Virus record (IMG/VR): IMGVR_UViG_3300043570_001980
Coordinates: 186,001 to 250,000 of that record
Direction: 5' to 3' (one strand)
DNA: 64,000 nt
This document shows positions 39,700 through 49,122 of the stretch, in pieces. A program made the position numbers and the translations under genes. The stretch's first letter is position 1; the number at the start of each line of letters is the position of its first letter. The notes under the pieces are model-generated. The model saw only the letters and a program-made list of their open reading frames with translations. It was not told where the DNA came from and did not search any database.

Positions 39700-40326
39700 A
39701 TGGCTCTTTACCTTAGAGAAAATCTTACCTTTAACCAGGCCAACATTATTGTTGAAGGCTCGGGCGAAGGTAAGGATCTCCACATGGTAGGAATCTGCAT
39801 TCAGGGCGGAGTTAAAAACGCCAACGAACGTGTGTACCCAGTTAACGAAATTGAACGTGCAGTTGGCACGTTAAATGAACAGATTACCAATGGTTATTCT
39901 GTTATGGGTGAGGTAGATCACCCTGACGATCTTAAAATTAATCTTGATCGAGTTAGTCATATGATCACATCCATGTGGATGGATGGTCCAAACGGATTCG
40001 GCAAGTTAAAAATTTTACCAACACCAATGGGTCAACTAGTTAAAACTATGTTGGAAAGTGGTGTTAAATTAGGAGTTTCGAGCCGCGGTTCCGGAAACGT
40101 AAACGAGGCCAACGGACATGTCAGTGACTTTGAAATAGTCACTGTAGATGTGGTTGCCCAACCCAGTGCGCCTAACGCATATCCAAAAGCCATCTATGAA
40201 GGCTTGATGAATATGAAATACGGACATCGTGTGCTAGAAATAGCACGTGACGCTGGCCAGGACAACAAAGTACAGAGATATTTGAAGGGCGAAATTACTA
40301 AGCTCATCAAAGATCTCAAGATTTGA
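39700..40326 (+). CDS. gp21: Prohead protease (T4 gp21-like)
   Basis: KNANERVYP, GEVDHP, LDRVSH, LGVSSRGSG, DVVAQPSAPNAY. Confidence 0.93.
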   Translation: MALYLRENLTFNQANIIVEGSGEGKDLHMVGICIQGGVKNANERVYPVNEIERAVGTLNEQITNGYSVMGEVDHPDDLKINLDRVSHMITSMWMDGPNGFGKLKILPTPMGQLVKTMLESGVKLGVSSRGSGNVNEANGHVSDFEIVTVDVVAQPSAPNAYPKAIYEGLMNMKYGHRVLEIARDAGQDNKVQRYLKGEITKLIKDLKI

Positions 40327-40336
40327 GGAGAATCGC

Positions 40337-41425
40337 ATGCTAGATGCTATTAAACCGTTATTAGATAGCGACCTGATCAACGAGGAAACTCGTAGCGAGA
40401 TCTCTGAAGCTTGGGAAGCCAAGCTAAATGAGACACGTGAGATGGTACGTGCAGAACTACGTGAAGAGTTTGCACAACGCTATGAGCATGATAAGACTGT
40501 AATGGTAGAAGCTCTAGATCGCATGGTAACAGAAGGTCTCAAAGTAGAACTTGAGCAAGTGGCCGCTGAAAAGCGTAATCTTGCTGAAGACCGCGTTAAG
40601 TTCCAAGGCAAGATGAAAGAATCAGCTACAAAGTTTAACAACTTTATGGTTTCTAAACTTGCTGAAGAAATTGGCGAACTACGTAAAGACCGTAAAGCAC
40701 ACAATGAAGGACTAGAAAAACTAGAAAAATTCATTGTTATGGCTCTTGCAGAAGAGATCCAGGAGTTTGCAAAAGACAAGAAGGACGTTGTTGAAACCAA
40801 AGTTCGTCTAGTCCGTGAAGCTCGTGCAAAATTGGAAAGCTTAAAGTCACGTTTCGTAAAAGAAAGTGCCGCTAAGATGAGCCAAGCTGTTAGTCATCAT
40901 CTAAAAGCTGAACTATCACAGTTAAATGAAGACATCAAAGTTGCTCGAGAGAATAACTTTGGACGTAAAATCTTTGAAGCGTATGCAGCCGAATTCAGCA
41001 ACACTCATTTAAATGAGAAAGTTGAAATGCGTAAACTGCACAATGTAATCGCAGAAAAAGAACGTCAACTGGCGGAAGCCACAAGAATCGCCAAGGATGC
41101 TAAAGTTTTAGTTGAATCCAAAGAGCGTGAAGTTCGAATGATTAAAGAATCCAATGTACGTCAAGGTACTATGGAGGAATTGCTTTCTCCTCTAAACGAA
41201 GAGAAGCGCGAAGTCATGAAAAACTTACTGGAAAGCGTCCAAACTAACCGTTTGACAAACGCCTACGAAAAGTACTTACCAGCTGTACTAGCTAATACCA
41301 CACCAAAAGCTAAAAAGGTGATTAGTGAAAGTGTTAGTGTTGTAACTGGTGATAAAACAGTCAAAGCGATTGAAGAAGATAAAAACAATGTTATCGACAT
41401 CAAGCGTTTAGCAGGACTGAATTAA
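40337..41425 (+). CDS. Prohead scaffolding/core protein (gp22-like)
   Basis: 362 aa coiled-coil, E/K-rich protein between the protease and the major capsid gene. Confidence 0.75.
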   Translation: MLDAIKPLLDSDLINEETRSEISEAWEAKLNETREMVRAELREEFAQRYEHDKTVMVEALDRMVTEGLKVELEQVAAEKRNLAEDRVKFQGKMKESATKFNNFMVSKLAEEIGELRKDRKAHNEGLEKLEKFIVMALAEEIQEFAKDKKDVVETKVRLVREARAKLESLKSRFVKESAAKMSQAVSHHLKAELSQLNEDIKVARENNFGRKIFEAYAAEFSNTHLNEKVEMRKLHNVIAEKERQLAEATRIAKDAKVLVESKEREVRMIKESNVRQGTMEELLSPLNEEKREVMKNLLESVQTNRLTNAYEKYLPAVLANTTPKAKKVISESVSVVTGDKTVKAIEEDKNNVIDIKRLAGLN

Positions 41426-41444
41426 GAAAATTAAGGAGACTTAA

Positions 41445-42662
41445 ATGTCACAAGAATTATTAGAAGGTCGTTGGGACGAGACTAAAGAAGCCCTGCTCGA
41501 AGGTCTAAAAGGTAACCGTCGCAACTCGATGAACGTGATCCTAGAGAATACACGTAAGTACCTAAAAGAAAACGCAAGTGCTGGTTCAACATCAGCAGGT
41601 AACATTGCCACACTTAACCGTGTGATTCTTCCAGTTATCCGTCGTGTCATGCCAACAGTTATTGCTAACGAGTTGGTTGGTGTACAACCAATGACAGGAC
41701 CAGTTGGTCAGATTCACACTCTGCGTGTACGCTATGCGTCTACAATGACTGATCAAACAGCAGCCGCTACTTCTGTAGTTGCTGGTGAAGAAGCATTGTC
41801 ACCATTCAAGATCGCTACAGCATACTCTGCAGGCGCTCGTGGTGCTGATAACGCCGCAACAACACAAACAGCCGCTCAAGGTTACTCTGGTGCTCCAACA
41901 TCAACCCTTGAAGGCAACGGTGGTCGTCAGATCTCCGTTCAAATCTTGAAACAAGCTGTTGAAGCCAAGACTCGCAAATTGCAAGCTCGTTGGACTTTTG
42001 AAGCCGCTCAAGACGCACAAGCTATGCATGGTATCGACGTTGAAGCCGAAATTATGGCAGCTTTGGCTCAAGAGATCACAGCTGAAATTGACCAAGAGAT
42101 TCTATTGAGCCTGCGCTCATTGGCTTCTACTGAGTTCACATACAACCAAGCTACCGTTTCTGGTACAGCTACATTCGTTGGTGACGAACATGCCGCATTG
42201 GCAGTTTTGATCAACCGTGTTGCTAACTTGATCGCCCAACGTACACGTCGTGGCGCAGGTAACTGGGCTGTTGTTTCTCCAGCATCTTTGACAGTATTGC
42301 AATCTGCTACAACTAGCGCATTTGCACGTACTACAGAAGGTACATTCGAAGCACCTACAAACACCAAGTTTGTTGGTACATTGAACGGCGCTATGCGTGT
42401 GTTCGTTGACTCTTATGCATCTGACTCAACACCAGTGTTGGTTGGTTACAAAGGTTCTTCAGAAGCTGACGCAGCCGCATTCTACTGCCCATACATTCCG
42501 TTGATGAGCAGTGGTGTTGTACTTGATCCATCAACATTCGAACCAGTTGTGTCATTCATGACACGTTACGGTTACATTGAACTTACTAACACAGCAAGTT
42601 CTTTCGGTAACGCTGGTGACTATGTTGGCGAGATCGCTGTATCTAACCTTTCATTCTCCTAA
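41445..42662 (+). CDS. gp23: Major capsid protein (T4 gp23-like)
   Basis: RRVMPTVIANELVGVQPMTGPVGQI, AKTRKLQARWTFEAAQD, EITAEIDQEI, FYCPYIPL, FMTRYG; strong SD AAGGAG. Confidence 0.96.
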   Translation: MSQELLEGRWDETKEALLEGLKGNRRNSMNVILENTRKYLKENASAGSTSAGNIATLNRVILPVIRRVMPTVIANELVGVQPMTGPVGQIHTLRVRYASTMTDQTAAATSVVAGEEALSPFKIATAYSAGARGADNAATTQTAAQGYSGAPTSTLEGNGGRQISVQILKQAVEAKTRKLQARWTFEAAQDAQAMHGIDVEAEIMAALAQEITAEIDQEILLSLRSLASTEFTYNQATVSGTATFVGDEHAALAVLINRVANLIAQRTRRGAGNWAVVSPASLTVLQSATTSAFARTTEGTFEAPTNTKFVGTLNGAMRVFVDSYASDSTPVLVGYKGSSEADAAAFYCPYIPLMSSGVVLDPSTFEPVVSFMTRYGYIELTNTASSFGNAGDYVGEIAVSNLSFS

Positions 42663-42692
42663 TCAGAGAACTACCCAGGGATGGGAAGAAGG

Positions 42693-42719
42693 AAAAGGGC
42701 CGAAAGGCCCTTTTTCTTT
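42693..42719 (+). terminator. Rho-independent terminator after the capsid gene (probably bidirectional)
   Basis: AAAAGGGCC-GAAA-GGCCCTTTTT between convergent genes. Confidence 0.9.
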
Positions 42720-42748
42720 GATACTAAAAATTCTAGCTCAACGACCTA

Positions 42749-43081
42749 TCACCCTTCGGCACTATATCTGTGTCTTATTGCAAGAGATAAAATTACTGCC
42801 GTTTCGCTGGTGCCGTCGGGCATGGCATATAAGTCACAAACGCCGGCACAATCCTGTGCAATCAACTGGGCAAACTTTTCTAGTCTAGAATCCCACATAT
42901 CTCTTTTTGCTCCAAGACCATAAACGTCCATGCCAGATGTTTTTTCAAATTCTCGAAGTCTCATCTTGAGTAATGATTGACCACGAGCCTTTGCAAACTT
43001 TTCATAATCTTCTTGTGTGCCTTCGCTATAGCCACCGTCACCTGCGTGAATATCACTACCTGCTTTAATATTTTTATTCAT
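42749..43081 (-). CDS. Hypothetical protein
   Basis: 110 aa ORF coupled (ATGA overlap) to the upstream 216 aa gene. Confidence 0.6.
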   Translation of the reverse strand: MNKNIKAGSDIHAGDGGYSEGTQEDYEKFAKARGQSLLKMRLREFEKTSGMDVYGLGAKRDMWDSRLEKFAQLIAQDCAGVCDLYAMPDGTSETAVILSLAIRHRYSAEG

Positions 43082-43728
43082 ACATCAATCTTTAAAATTT
43101 TTTTAACTTTGACCAGGTCCAGACTGGGATTACAAGCAGGTATTGCATTGTGCTTCTTGTAAAATTCCACTAACAAATCTAATTCTATTTCTTTACAGTA
43201 GCTGGGGTGCATTGGCAGATAAGCTTGATAAACGTGATCAATTTTATCTAGACCAAATTTTTCTTTAAACACAGTACCACATCCGTACGGACTGAGTCTT
43301 GGATTTCTTACAGTTCCTTTAAAATCTGTACGCCTACCCAGCATGCTGTTTCTACTGGTAGCTCTGCTTTCTCCAATATAAATCACTCCAGGATCTAGTA
43401 GATTAGCTGATCCAGCTGGAGCATCGTTTTCAAACACTCCGTATATGTAACAGCCCGGATGAGATTTGTCAAACCCCCAGGATTCATTCCAGGATTCGTC
43501 GATTTGATGCCAAGTTGTAAATTCTGTTAAGCCGGGCTTTGATGTTGCAGTTACCTGTGCAGTAAATGCAGACTTACCGCTGATCTCAGCACACTTAAAC
43601 AAACTGTAGGCCAGTTGATTTACATTATCACAGTGAGTAAACACCTGATATAATTGTTCTTCAGTAAGGCCATGATTTCCTGAACCAGTGCGTATATTTT
43701 GTGCAAGTATTCTTGCAAGGTCTTGCAT
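43078..43728 (-). CDS. Hypothetical protein with a GIY-YIG-like C-terminal domain
   Basis: GCYIYG..VIYIGES..R..E..L..F...H..IPACN; SD AAGGA; TAAATA on the minus strand at 43755-43760. Confidence 0.55.
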   Translation of the reverse strand: MQDLARILAQNIRTGSGNHGLTEEQLYQVFTHCDNVNQLAYSLFKCAEISGKSAFTAQVTATSKPGLTEFTTWHQIDESWNESWGFDKSHPGCYIYGVFENDAPAGSANLLDPGVIYIGESRATSRNSMLGRRTDFKGTVRNPRLSPYGCGTVFKEKFGLDKIDHVYQAYLPMHPSYCKEIELDLLVEFYKKHNAIPACNPSLDLVKVKKILKIDV

Positions 43729-43795
43729 TTAAAATCCTTTTGTTTAGTGTAAACTATTTAGGCAATATTGTCAATAATTTTGGTTAAATAGTGTT

Positions 43796-44458
43796 GTGGC
43801 CAAAATATTTTATACACCCCCGGGATACTCAGGTACTGCCCAATTAACAGCATCAAACGGTCTTGTAATTGAAAATCAAGCTCGCTGGCGTTTCAGTGAA
43901 CAAGGATACAACGACGGGGCAACGTTTGGTGTTAGCCTTAGCTGGCCCGATAAAGCTGTGGGTGAATTCAGCTACGGGCAACCAGCACAAAAGATCAAAC
44001 CTGAATCTTCTGGATTATTACATGTTAAAGGAACAAACTGGCCTATAGCAGTAATTGGCAATTCTCTACAGTCATACACCAATCCTGACACTAGCCAAAC
44101 ATATCCAGCCAGCCAATGTAGGATTTTAGTAACGGGTCACTGGCAAGTTAATCGTCAACCAAACAGCAACTCATGGAACTCAATAGGAGTTTTTTATAAA
44201 GGCTTAACCACTACCGATCTCGGAGACAGGGATATGGATCCGTACTTGTTGAACTATAACTCCCCAGATGCAACTTATGTAATTCAAGGAGCCAATGTCA
44301 CTGGCGGTGCCCAAGATACATTTACCACTCGCGAATTTTCCTGCAGATGCGAACACAGCACAACCAGCAATAATTCCAATAGAGAATATCAATCCAATGC
44401 AATTGCTCAACCTATATTTGTGTACACATACAGCATGAGTTGGGAAATAGAAGTTTAA
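43796..44458 (+). CDS. Hypothetical (probably virion) protein
   Basis: 220 aa, GTG start 5 nt after TAAATA (43785-43790). Confidence 0.6.
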   Translation: MAKIFYTPPGYSGTAQLTASNGLVIENQARWRFSEQGYNDGATFGVSLSWPDKAVGEFSYGQPAQKIKPESSGLLHVKGTNWPIAVIGNSLQSYTNPDTSQTYPASQCRILVTGHWQVNRQPNSNSWNSIGVFYKGLTTTDLGDRDMDPYLLNYNSPDATYVIQGANVTGGAQDTFTTREFSCRCEHSTTSNNSNREYQSNAIAQPIFVYTYSMSWEIEV

Positions 44459-44460
44459 CA

Positions 44461-44558
44461 TAAATACTTGTCAACACAATCAGGTGTTTTATGCTGAGAT
44501 TAATACCCACAGCGTAGCGGCTAGAACCCGCATCGGACTTCTTTAAGGAGAAAACAAA
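44461..44558 (+). promoter_or_regulatory. Late promoter followed by a structured 5' leader
   Basis: TAAATA at 44461, then three adjacent hairpins (AACAC/GTGTT, TATGCTG/CAGCGTA, GCGG/CCGC) before AAGGAG. Confidence 0.5.
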
Positions 44559-45077
44559 ATGGGTCGTCCTCTAAAAATTAAAAAATCCACAACCAAAGAC
44601 ATTGGTTTTAACAATCTTGGCAGTTTAACAAATCCAGTATATCCAACAACATTAAACTCGTCTCAATACCTGGGTGTGGTTGGCGGTGAGAACACCAGCG
44701 TGGCCACCACAGCTTATCCGGTGATTCGTGTGCAAGCATGTGAAATTGGCGGTGCTGAAGAAGAAGCTATCATTGTGCGCCAAAAAGGAAGCACAACATA
44801 CTTGGTACTGGGGCAAACCAGTGGAAATACATATCAAGCCACTCTGGCTAACGAAGCCACTGGTGCATTGTCACCAGGCAACATGAACATTGCTATGTTT
44901 AATGGCGATAGTACAGACATCTTGATCAGCAAACTCACAAACAAGTGGGCACTGGACTATTCAGTACCACCAGTTCGTTATGTGATTAACTTCTTCAGTG
45001 ACGAAGGCACAGAGATCAAGTCTGGCACCGTCGGTGTGACCAACAACTTGGCCATTGCAGAAAATTACACCAGCTAA
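44559..45077 (+). CDS. Virion structural protein (putative head decoration/fibre base)
   Basis: 172 aa, MGRPLK start, IVRQKG motif, strong SD, late promoter. Confidence 0.6.
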   Translation: MGRPLKIKKSTTKDIGFNNLGSLTNPVYPTTLNSSQYLGVVGGENTSVATTAYPVIRVQACEIGGAEEEAIIVRQKGSTTYLVLGQTSGNTYQATLANEATGALSPGNMNIAMFNGDSTDILISKLTNKWALDYSVPPVRYVINFFSDEGTEIKSGTVGVTNNLAIAENYTS

Positions 45078-45094
45078 TTTCTATTTGTCTGGCC

Positions 45095-45129
45095 AATCCT
45101 CCTTGCTACATAACAAGGAGGATTTTTTT
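45095..45129 (+). terminator. Terminator-like hairpin overlapping the SD of the next gene
   Basis: AATCCTCCTTG-CTACATAA-CAAGGAGGATT-TTTTT directly followed by ATG 45130. Confidence 0.75.
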
Positions 45130-45714
45130 ATGGCCGCATTTGTTTTAGGAAATGGTGTAAGTAGACGCCCAATTGATGTAAAGTATCTGACAACGTTGGG
45201 TCCAGTCTACGGCTGTAACGCATTATATCGCACAGATACACCCACTGTGCTAGTTGCTACAGACACACCAATTAGTCAAATGATACAAGAATCAGGATAT
45301 AGTGCTAAACATAGATTTTATACACGTAAGCCTATTCCCAACCTTGGTGCAATTCAAATTCAGAAAAAATATTACGGATTTAGTTCAGGACCTATTGCTA
45401 TGTCCATAGCGGCTGAAGATTTTAATAATTCAATATATTTGCTGGGATTCGATATGGGTCCATCTGAAGCAGGCAAGTTTAATAATTTGTATGCTAACAC
45501 TGAGTTTTATAAGAAATCTGATGGGTATCCAACGTTTACTGGAAACTGGGCCAAACAAATGGCATCAATAATGAGAGAGTATAAAAATGTAACCTTTTAC
45601 AGAGTTCAAGGAGATACAACTTCGCCGATCAAGGAGTTTGATAATTTGCCAAACCTGACTCATCTACCGTTTACAGACTTTGTAACCCGAATAAATAATC
45701 CAAAGGATCTCTAA
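45130..45714 (+). CDS. Rossmann-like protein resembling GT29/GT42/Maf-type sugar transferases (paralog 1)
   Basis: AFVLGNGVSR..YGCNALYR..VATD..SSGPIA..IYLLGFD; start at ATG 45130 after AAGGAGG. Confidence 0.5.
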   Translation: MAAFVLGNGVSRRPIDVKYLTTLGPVYGCNALYRTDTPTVLVATDTPISQMIQESGYSAKHRFYTRKPIPNLGAIQIQKKYYGFSSGPIAMSIAAEDFNNSIYLLGFDMGPSEAGKFNNLYANTEFYKKSDGYPTFTGNWAKQMASIMREYKNVTFYRVQGDTTSPIKEFDNLPNLTHLPFTDFVTRINNPKDL

Positions 45715-46326
45715 ATGTCTACTTACAAACGCTCAGATGGTGATTATTACATTGTTACTATAAACTCAGATGACAATGTACATATTCAAACTAACACAGT
45801 TAAAATACAAGGTAACCTTGATGTTGTGGGTAACATTACCTATATTGATACCACTGAACTTGAAATTACAGATCCATTCATTACACTGGCGGCCAACAAC
45901 AGTGGAGCATATTCCAATATTGGTATCATTGCCCAAAAAACATCAAACACCTACGCTGGCCTACGTTGGAATACCACTTCTGGCACCTGGCAAACATCTC
46001 CAAACAACACCACCTGGTCGGATATTGCAACAGGTAATGTTGTAAGCACAGCGGCTGGTTCAAACACGCAGATACAGTTCAATGACGATAATAGTTTTGG
46101 TGCCAATGTAAAACTTACCTATGATTATGCAACATCAAAGTTGACAATTCAAGGACATCAAATTTATGGCAATATTGGCACAAGCCCATCGTCGGTGGCC
46201 AATTCTGTAGCTGTTTATAACAAAGCTGAAGGTGGTGGCGGCACTGGGTTGTATGTCAAAAGCTCAACTGTTGATGACGAACTAGTCAGCAAAGGCAAAG
46301 CCATTGTATACGCTATTATATTTTAA
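45715..46326 (+). CDS. Tail/head fibre-related structural protein
   Basis: GNLDVVGN..ITDPFITL and AAGSNTQIQFND motifs common in phage fibre proteins. Confidence 0.6.
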   Translation: MSTYKRSDGDYYIVTINSDDNVHIQTNTVKIQGNLDVVGNITYIDTTELEITDPFITLAANNSGAYSNIGIIAQKTSNTYAGLRWNTTSGTWQTSPNNTTWSDIATGNVVSTAAGSNTQIQFNDDNSFGANVKLTYDYATSKLTIQGHQIYGNIGTSPSSVANSVAVYNKAEGGGGTGLYVKSSTVDDELVSKGKAIVYAIIF

Positions 46327-46335
46327 GGAATCAAA

Positions 46336-46650
46336 ATGACAATCTCAACATCACTGGTTGGAAACACAGTTGGCAATGTGTATGCCAGCTCAGGAAATAC
46401 TGCTATCACCTGGCTAACTATCAACAACTACACATCTGGTAATGCACTGGCCAATGTACACGTTGTTCCGTCAGGCGGCACAGCCAACGCACAAAATCAA
46501 ATTTTAACAAATTTAGAAATCACAGCCAGCGACACTTATCAACTGTATACCGGTGGTGAAAAACTGCTGTTAAACACAGGCGATACTGTTCAAGCTGTTG
46601 CCAATCTTAACACCACGTTAAACATTGTAGTAAGTTACACAACAATTTAA
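46336..46650 (+). CDS. Small virion structural protein
   Basis: 104 aa, T/N-rich beta protein, EKLLLNTGD motif; SD AAGGA. Confidence 0.6.
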   Translation: MTISTSLVGNTVGNVYASSGNTAITWLTINNYTSGNALANVHVVPSGGTANAQNQILTNLEITASDTYQLYTGGEKLLLNTGDTVQAVANLNTTLNIVVSYTTI

Positions 46651-47054
46651 TGGGAACATTTGTTAAAAATCGTCAACTACAGTCAGGTAGTTCAGGTGTT
46701 GTATTACCAACAGGTAGTACTATTAATAGACCTCTGACTCCGGTATTTGGATTGATTAGATACAATACCGACCTGGCTTCAATTGAATTTTTTAACGGAA
46801 CACAGTTTATTAATTTAACAGCTCCTGGGGAAGTTGACTACGTGGTGGATTCTTTTGTTGGAGACGGTACAACGTCAATCTTTACCATGAGCATTGAAGA
46901 AAGCTCAGCTTCGCAGATTATTGTTTTTGTTGGCAGCATCTATCAAGATTCTACCAGTGCATACACAGTAAATGGTGGGTATGATATTATGTTCACATCA
47001 CCACCGCCCGACGGCGAACCAATTTCAGTGATTCACAGTACCACAACAACATAA
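46650..47054 (+). CDS. Small fibre-associated protein
   Basis: LPTGSTINRP..GLIRYNT..EFFNG and GDGTTSIF..Q..YTV..FTSPP modules, shared with neighbouring fibre genes. Confidence 0.65.
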   Translation: MGTFVKNRQLQSGSSGVVLPTGSTINRPLTPVFGLIRYNTDLASIEFFNGTQFINLTAPGEVDYVVDSFVGDGTTSIFTMSIEESSASQIIVFVGSIYQDSTSAYTVNGGYDIMFTSPPPDGEPISVIHSTTTT

Positions 47055-47055
47055 T

Positions 47056-49122
47056 ATGTCTATCAATAAGATTTCTGGTAATATACTTCAAGACAACCTT
47101 CAGAGAGGTTCAAACCTCTCTGTACAAGGAAACTTGGTATTTTTTGACATCACCAACACTCGCCTGGGTATCAACACCAATGCACCCACTGCCACATTGA
47201 ATGTTGTTGGTAACACTGAAATAAACGGCAATATCAGTGTTGGCAATTTAAATTTTGGCAACGGTGTTATCAACGGTACTGGTAATATCACCGGAAACGG
47301 TGTAACTTTATCAGCAAATGCCATCTCAGCCTCATCAGGATTATTAACCTTAGGGTCTAATGCTAATATAAAAATCACAGGCGGCGGCACAAACTATTTG
47401 TTTACAACCGACGGTACAGGAAATCTTTTTTGGAGTGACCCTGGAAACTTAGCAGGTGTGATAGGCAATACCATTGATTTGGGTACACCAAGTCTTGGTA
47501 ATCTGACCAGTAATGCAGTGACAATGACTACAACTACAACAGTGACCGACGGCATTGCACAACTCAACACAGTACTAGGCAAACTAGTACCAGCATCTCC
47601 AAGTAATTTTCCAGGCAGTCAGACACTTTCGATATCAAGCTTGTCTACATATCGCATGGCCAACATCACCCAGGTGGACAATACACCAGGTGCAAATAAA
47701 TCGGTGGCCGCTGGTGCAACAGTTACATCAGTGCGCAGAGCTGCCACATATGCTACCAACACTATCAGCACAGTTGGCCCAGGCGACACAGGCATAATCA
47801 CTGCTGTTCGAAACGGTGCAAATGTGGGCACAGTGACACTGAATGCAGGAGCCAGCCCAACTGCCAACGGCACCTACGGCGGCAACTTGGTTATTACCAA
47901 CAACTTTGATTATAATTCTGCCAATGCCAACATTGCGGCCGGATTCTGGTATGTATTTTCGTCGGCAATTTCTGGCACAGTTGCTCCAGCAGGCTGGAAC
48001 GAACTATACATAGCAGACTCTGCTACAGGAAACACAAACACCCCCAGCTGGTACTACGACAACTCAAGTCCTTCAACTCCAAGTTTTAGTTCTGCCACAA
48101 TGACTCCTCCGGGATCAACTACTTTGTTGTACAGCAGTACTATTCCTCACTATACCAATGCAAATCAATTTGCAATTTCAGCAAATGTGGCCAATGTCAG
48201 TGGCAACACTTATCCAACTTCAAATGTGTTGGCCACAGGATCATCTGGCGGCAGTTTTGCGGCACCTGCATCAGTCAACTACAATGCCAGCAACATTGGC
48301 AGTAATGTTCTAAACTCATTTGCATCAGCTTCATTTTCAACCACTGCCACAGTGACCACTGGGTTTGGCGCTAGTTCAACTGGACCAAGTATTGTAGTTA
48401 ATAACAGCTACAGTTCTGGTACACTGACTTTGACTTCGGCATTGGGTAATACAGTTCTATACAAGTCAGGATCTGCCACAGCCATTGACGAAGGAAATGT
48501 CATTGTTACCAGTGTTGGCACCGGGTCAGGCAACGCATTTAGAATTATCAATCCTGGATCAGTGAATAACCCAACATATACCAGCAATGCGGCAGCATTT
48601 AATAGCCAATCAAGTACTTTAGAAACATATGATGCCACAGTGGTTGGATCAGGATCAGCTGGTGTACTCAAACACGACCAGACCAATTACTCAACAGGAT
48701 ACTTGCCTGCAGGTCCTAACCTAAGTGCTGGACGCTCAGGCACACAATACTTTACAATTAAATTTGTGCGTACTAACGTATCAAAATTTGATATTACCTA
48801 TGCTGGCAATGTTGCTGGTATGTGGGTAGCACTACCGGGATCGGTTATTGATTCAAGTTCTAGTGCCAACGGATGGATTAGTATGACCACTGCTTATGCA
48901 GGTGCTGGCTACCCAGGTGTCAATAGCCCGGGCAACGGGTCTGACGGCTGTGCCCTTGGCGGTGTGGTTGTTCCTAATGTAAACACCGCAAGTACAAACA
49001 AGACTTGTACGTTTGGAACAGTATCAAGTTCAAGCACAGCAACAAACGAAATCTATGTGAGAATTGCTCTTGCATCTGGCCAGTCAGTAACTGGCCTATC
49101 ATTTAACGCGGCGAGTAATTAA
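47056..49122 (+). CDS. Fibre/structural protein
   Basis: 688 aa, S/T/G/N-rich, RLGINTNAPTATL motif. Confidence 0.65.
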   Translation: MSINKISGNILQDNLQRGSNLSVQGNLVFFDITNTRLGINTNAPTATLNVVGNTEINGNISVGNLNFGNGVINGTGNITGNGVTLSANAISASSGLLTLGSNANIKITGGGTNYLFTTDGTGNLFWSDPGNLAGVIGNTIDLGTPSLGNLTSNAVTMTTTTTVTDGIAQLNTVLGKLVPASPSNFPGSQTLSISSLSTYRMANITQVDNTPGANKSVAAGATVTSVRRAATYATNTISTVGPGDTGIITAVRNGANVGTVTLNAGASPTANGTYGGNLVITNNFDYNSANANIAAGFWYVFSSAISGTVAPAGWNELYIADSATGNTNTPSWYYDNSSPSTPSFSSATMTPPGSTTLLYSSTIPHYTNANQFAISANVANVSGNTYPTSNVLATGSSGGSFAAPASVNYNASNIGSNVLNSFASASFSTTATVTTGFGASSTGPSIVVNNSYSSGTLTLTSALGNTVLYKSGSATAIDEGNVIVTSVGTGSGNAFRIINPGSVNNPTYTSNAAAFNSQSSTLETYDATVVGSGSAGVLKHDQTNYSTGYLPAGPNLSAGRSGTQYFTIKFVRTNVSKFDITYAGNVAGMWVALPGSVIDSSSSANGWISMTTAYAGAGYPGVNSPGNGSDGCALGGVVVPNVNTASTNKTCTFGTVSSSSTATNEIYVRIALASGQSVTGLSFNAASN

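Noticed and set aside
45055-45129. N-terminal extensions given by the ORF track (also 23174, 38860 and 61954)
   Set aside because: Upstream TTG starts overlap promoters, terminators or SD sequences; the downstream ATG/GTG starts are better supported.
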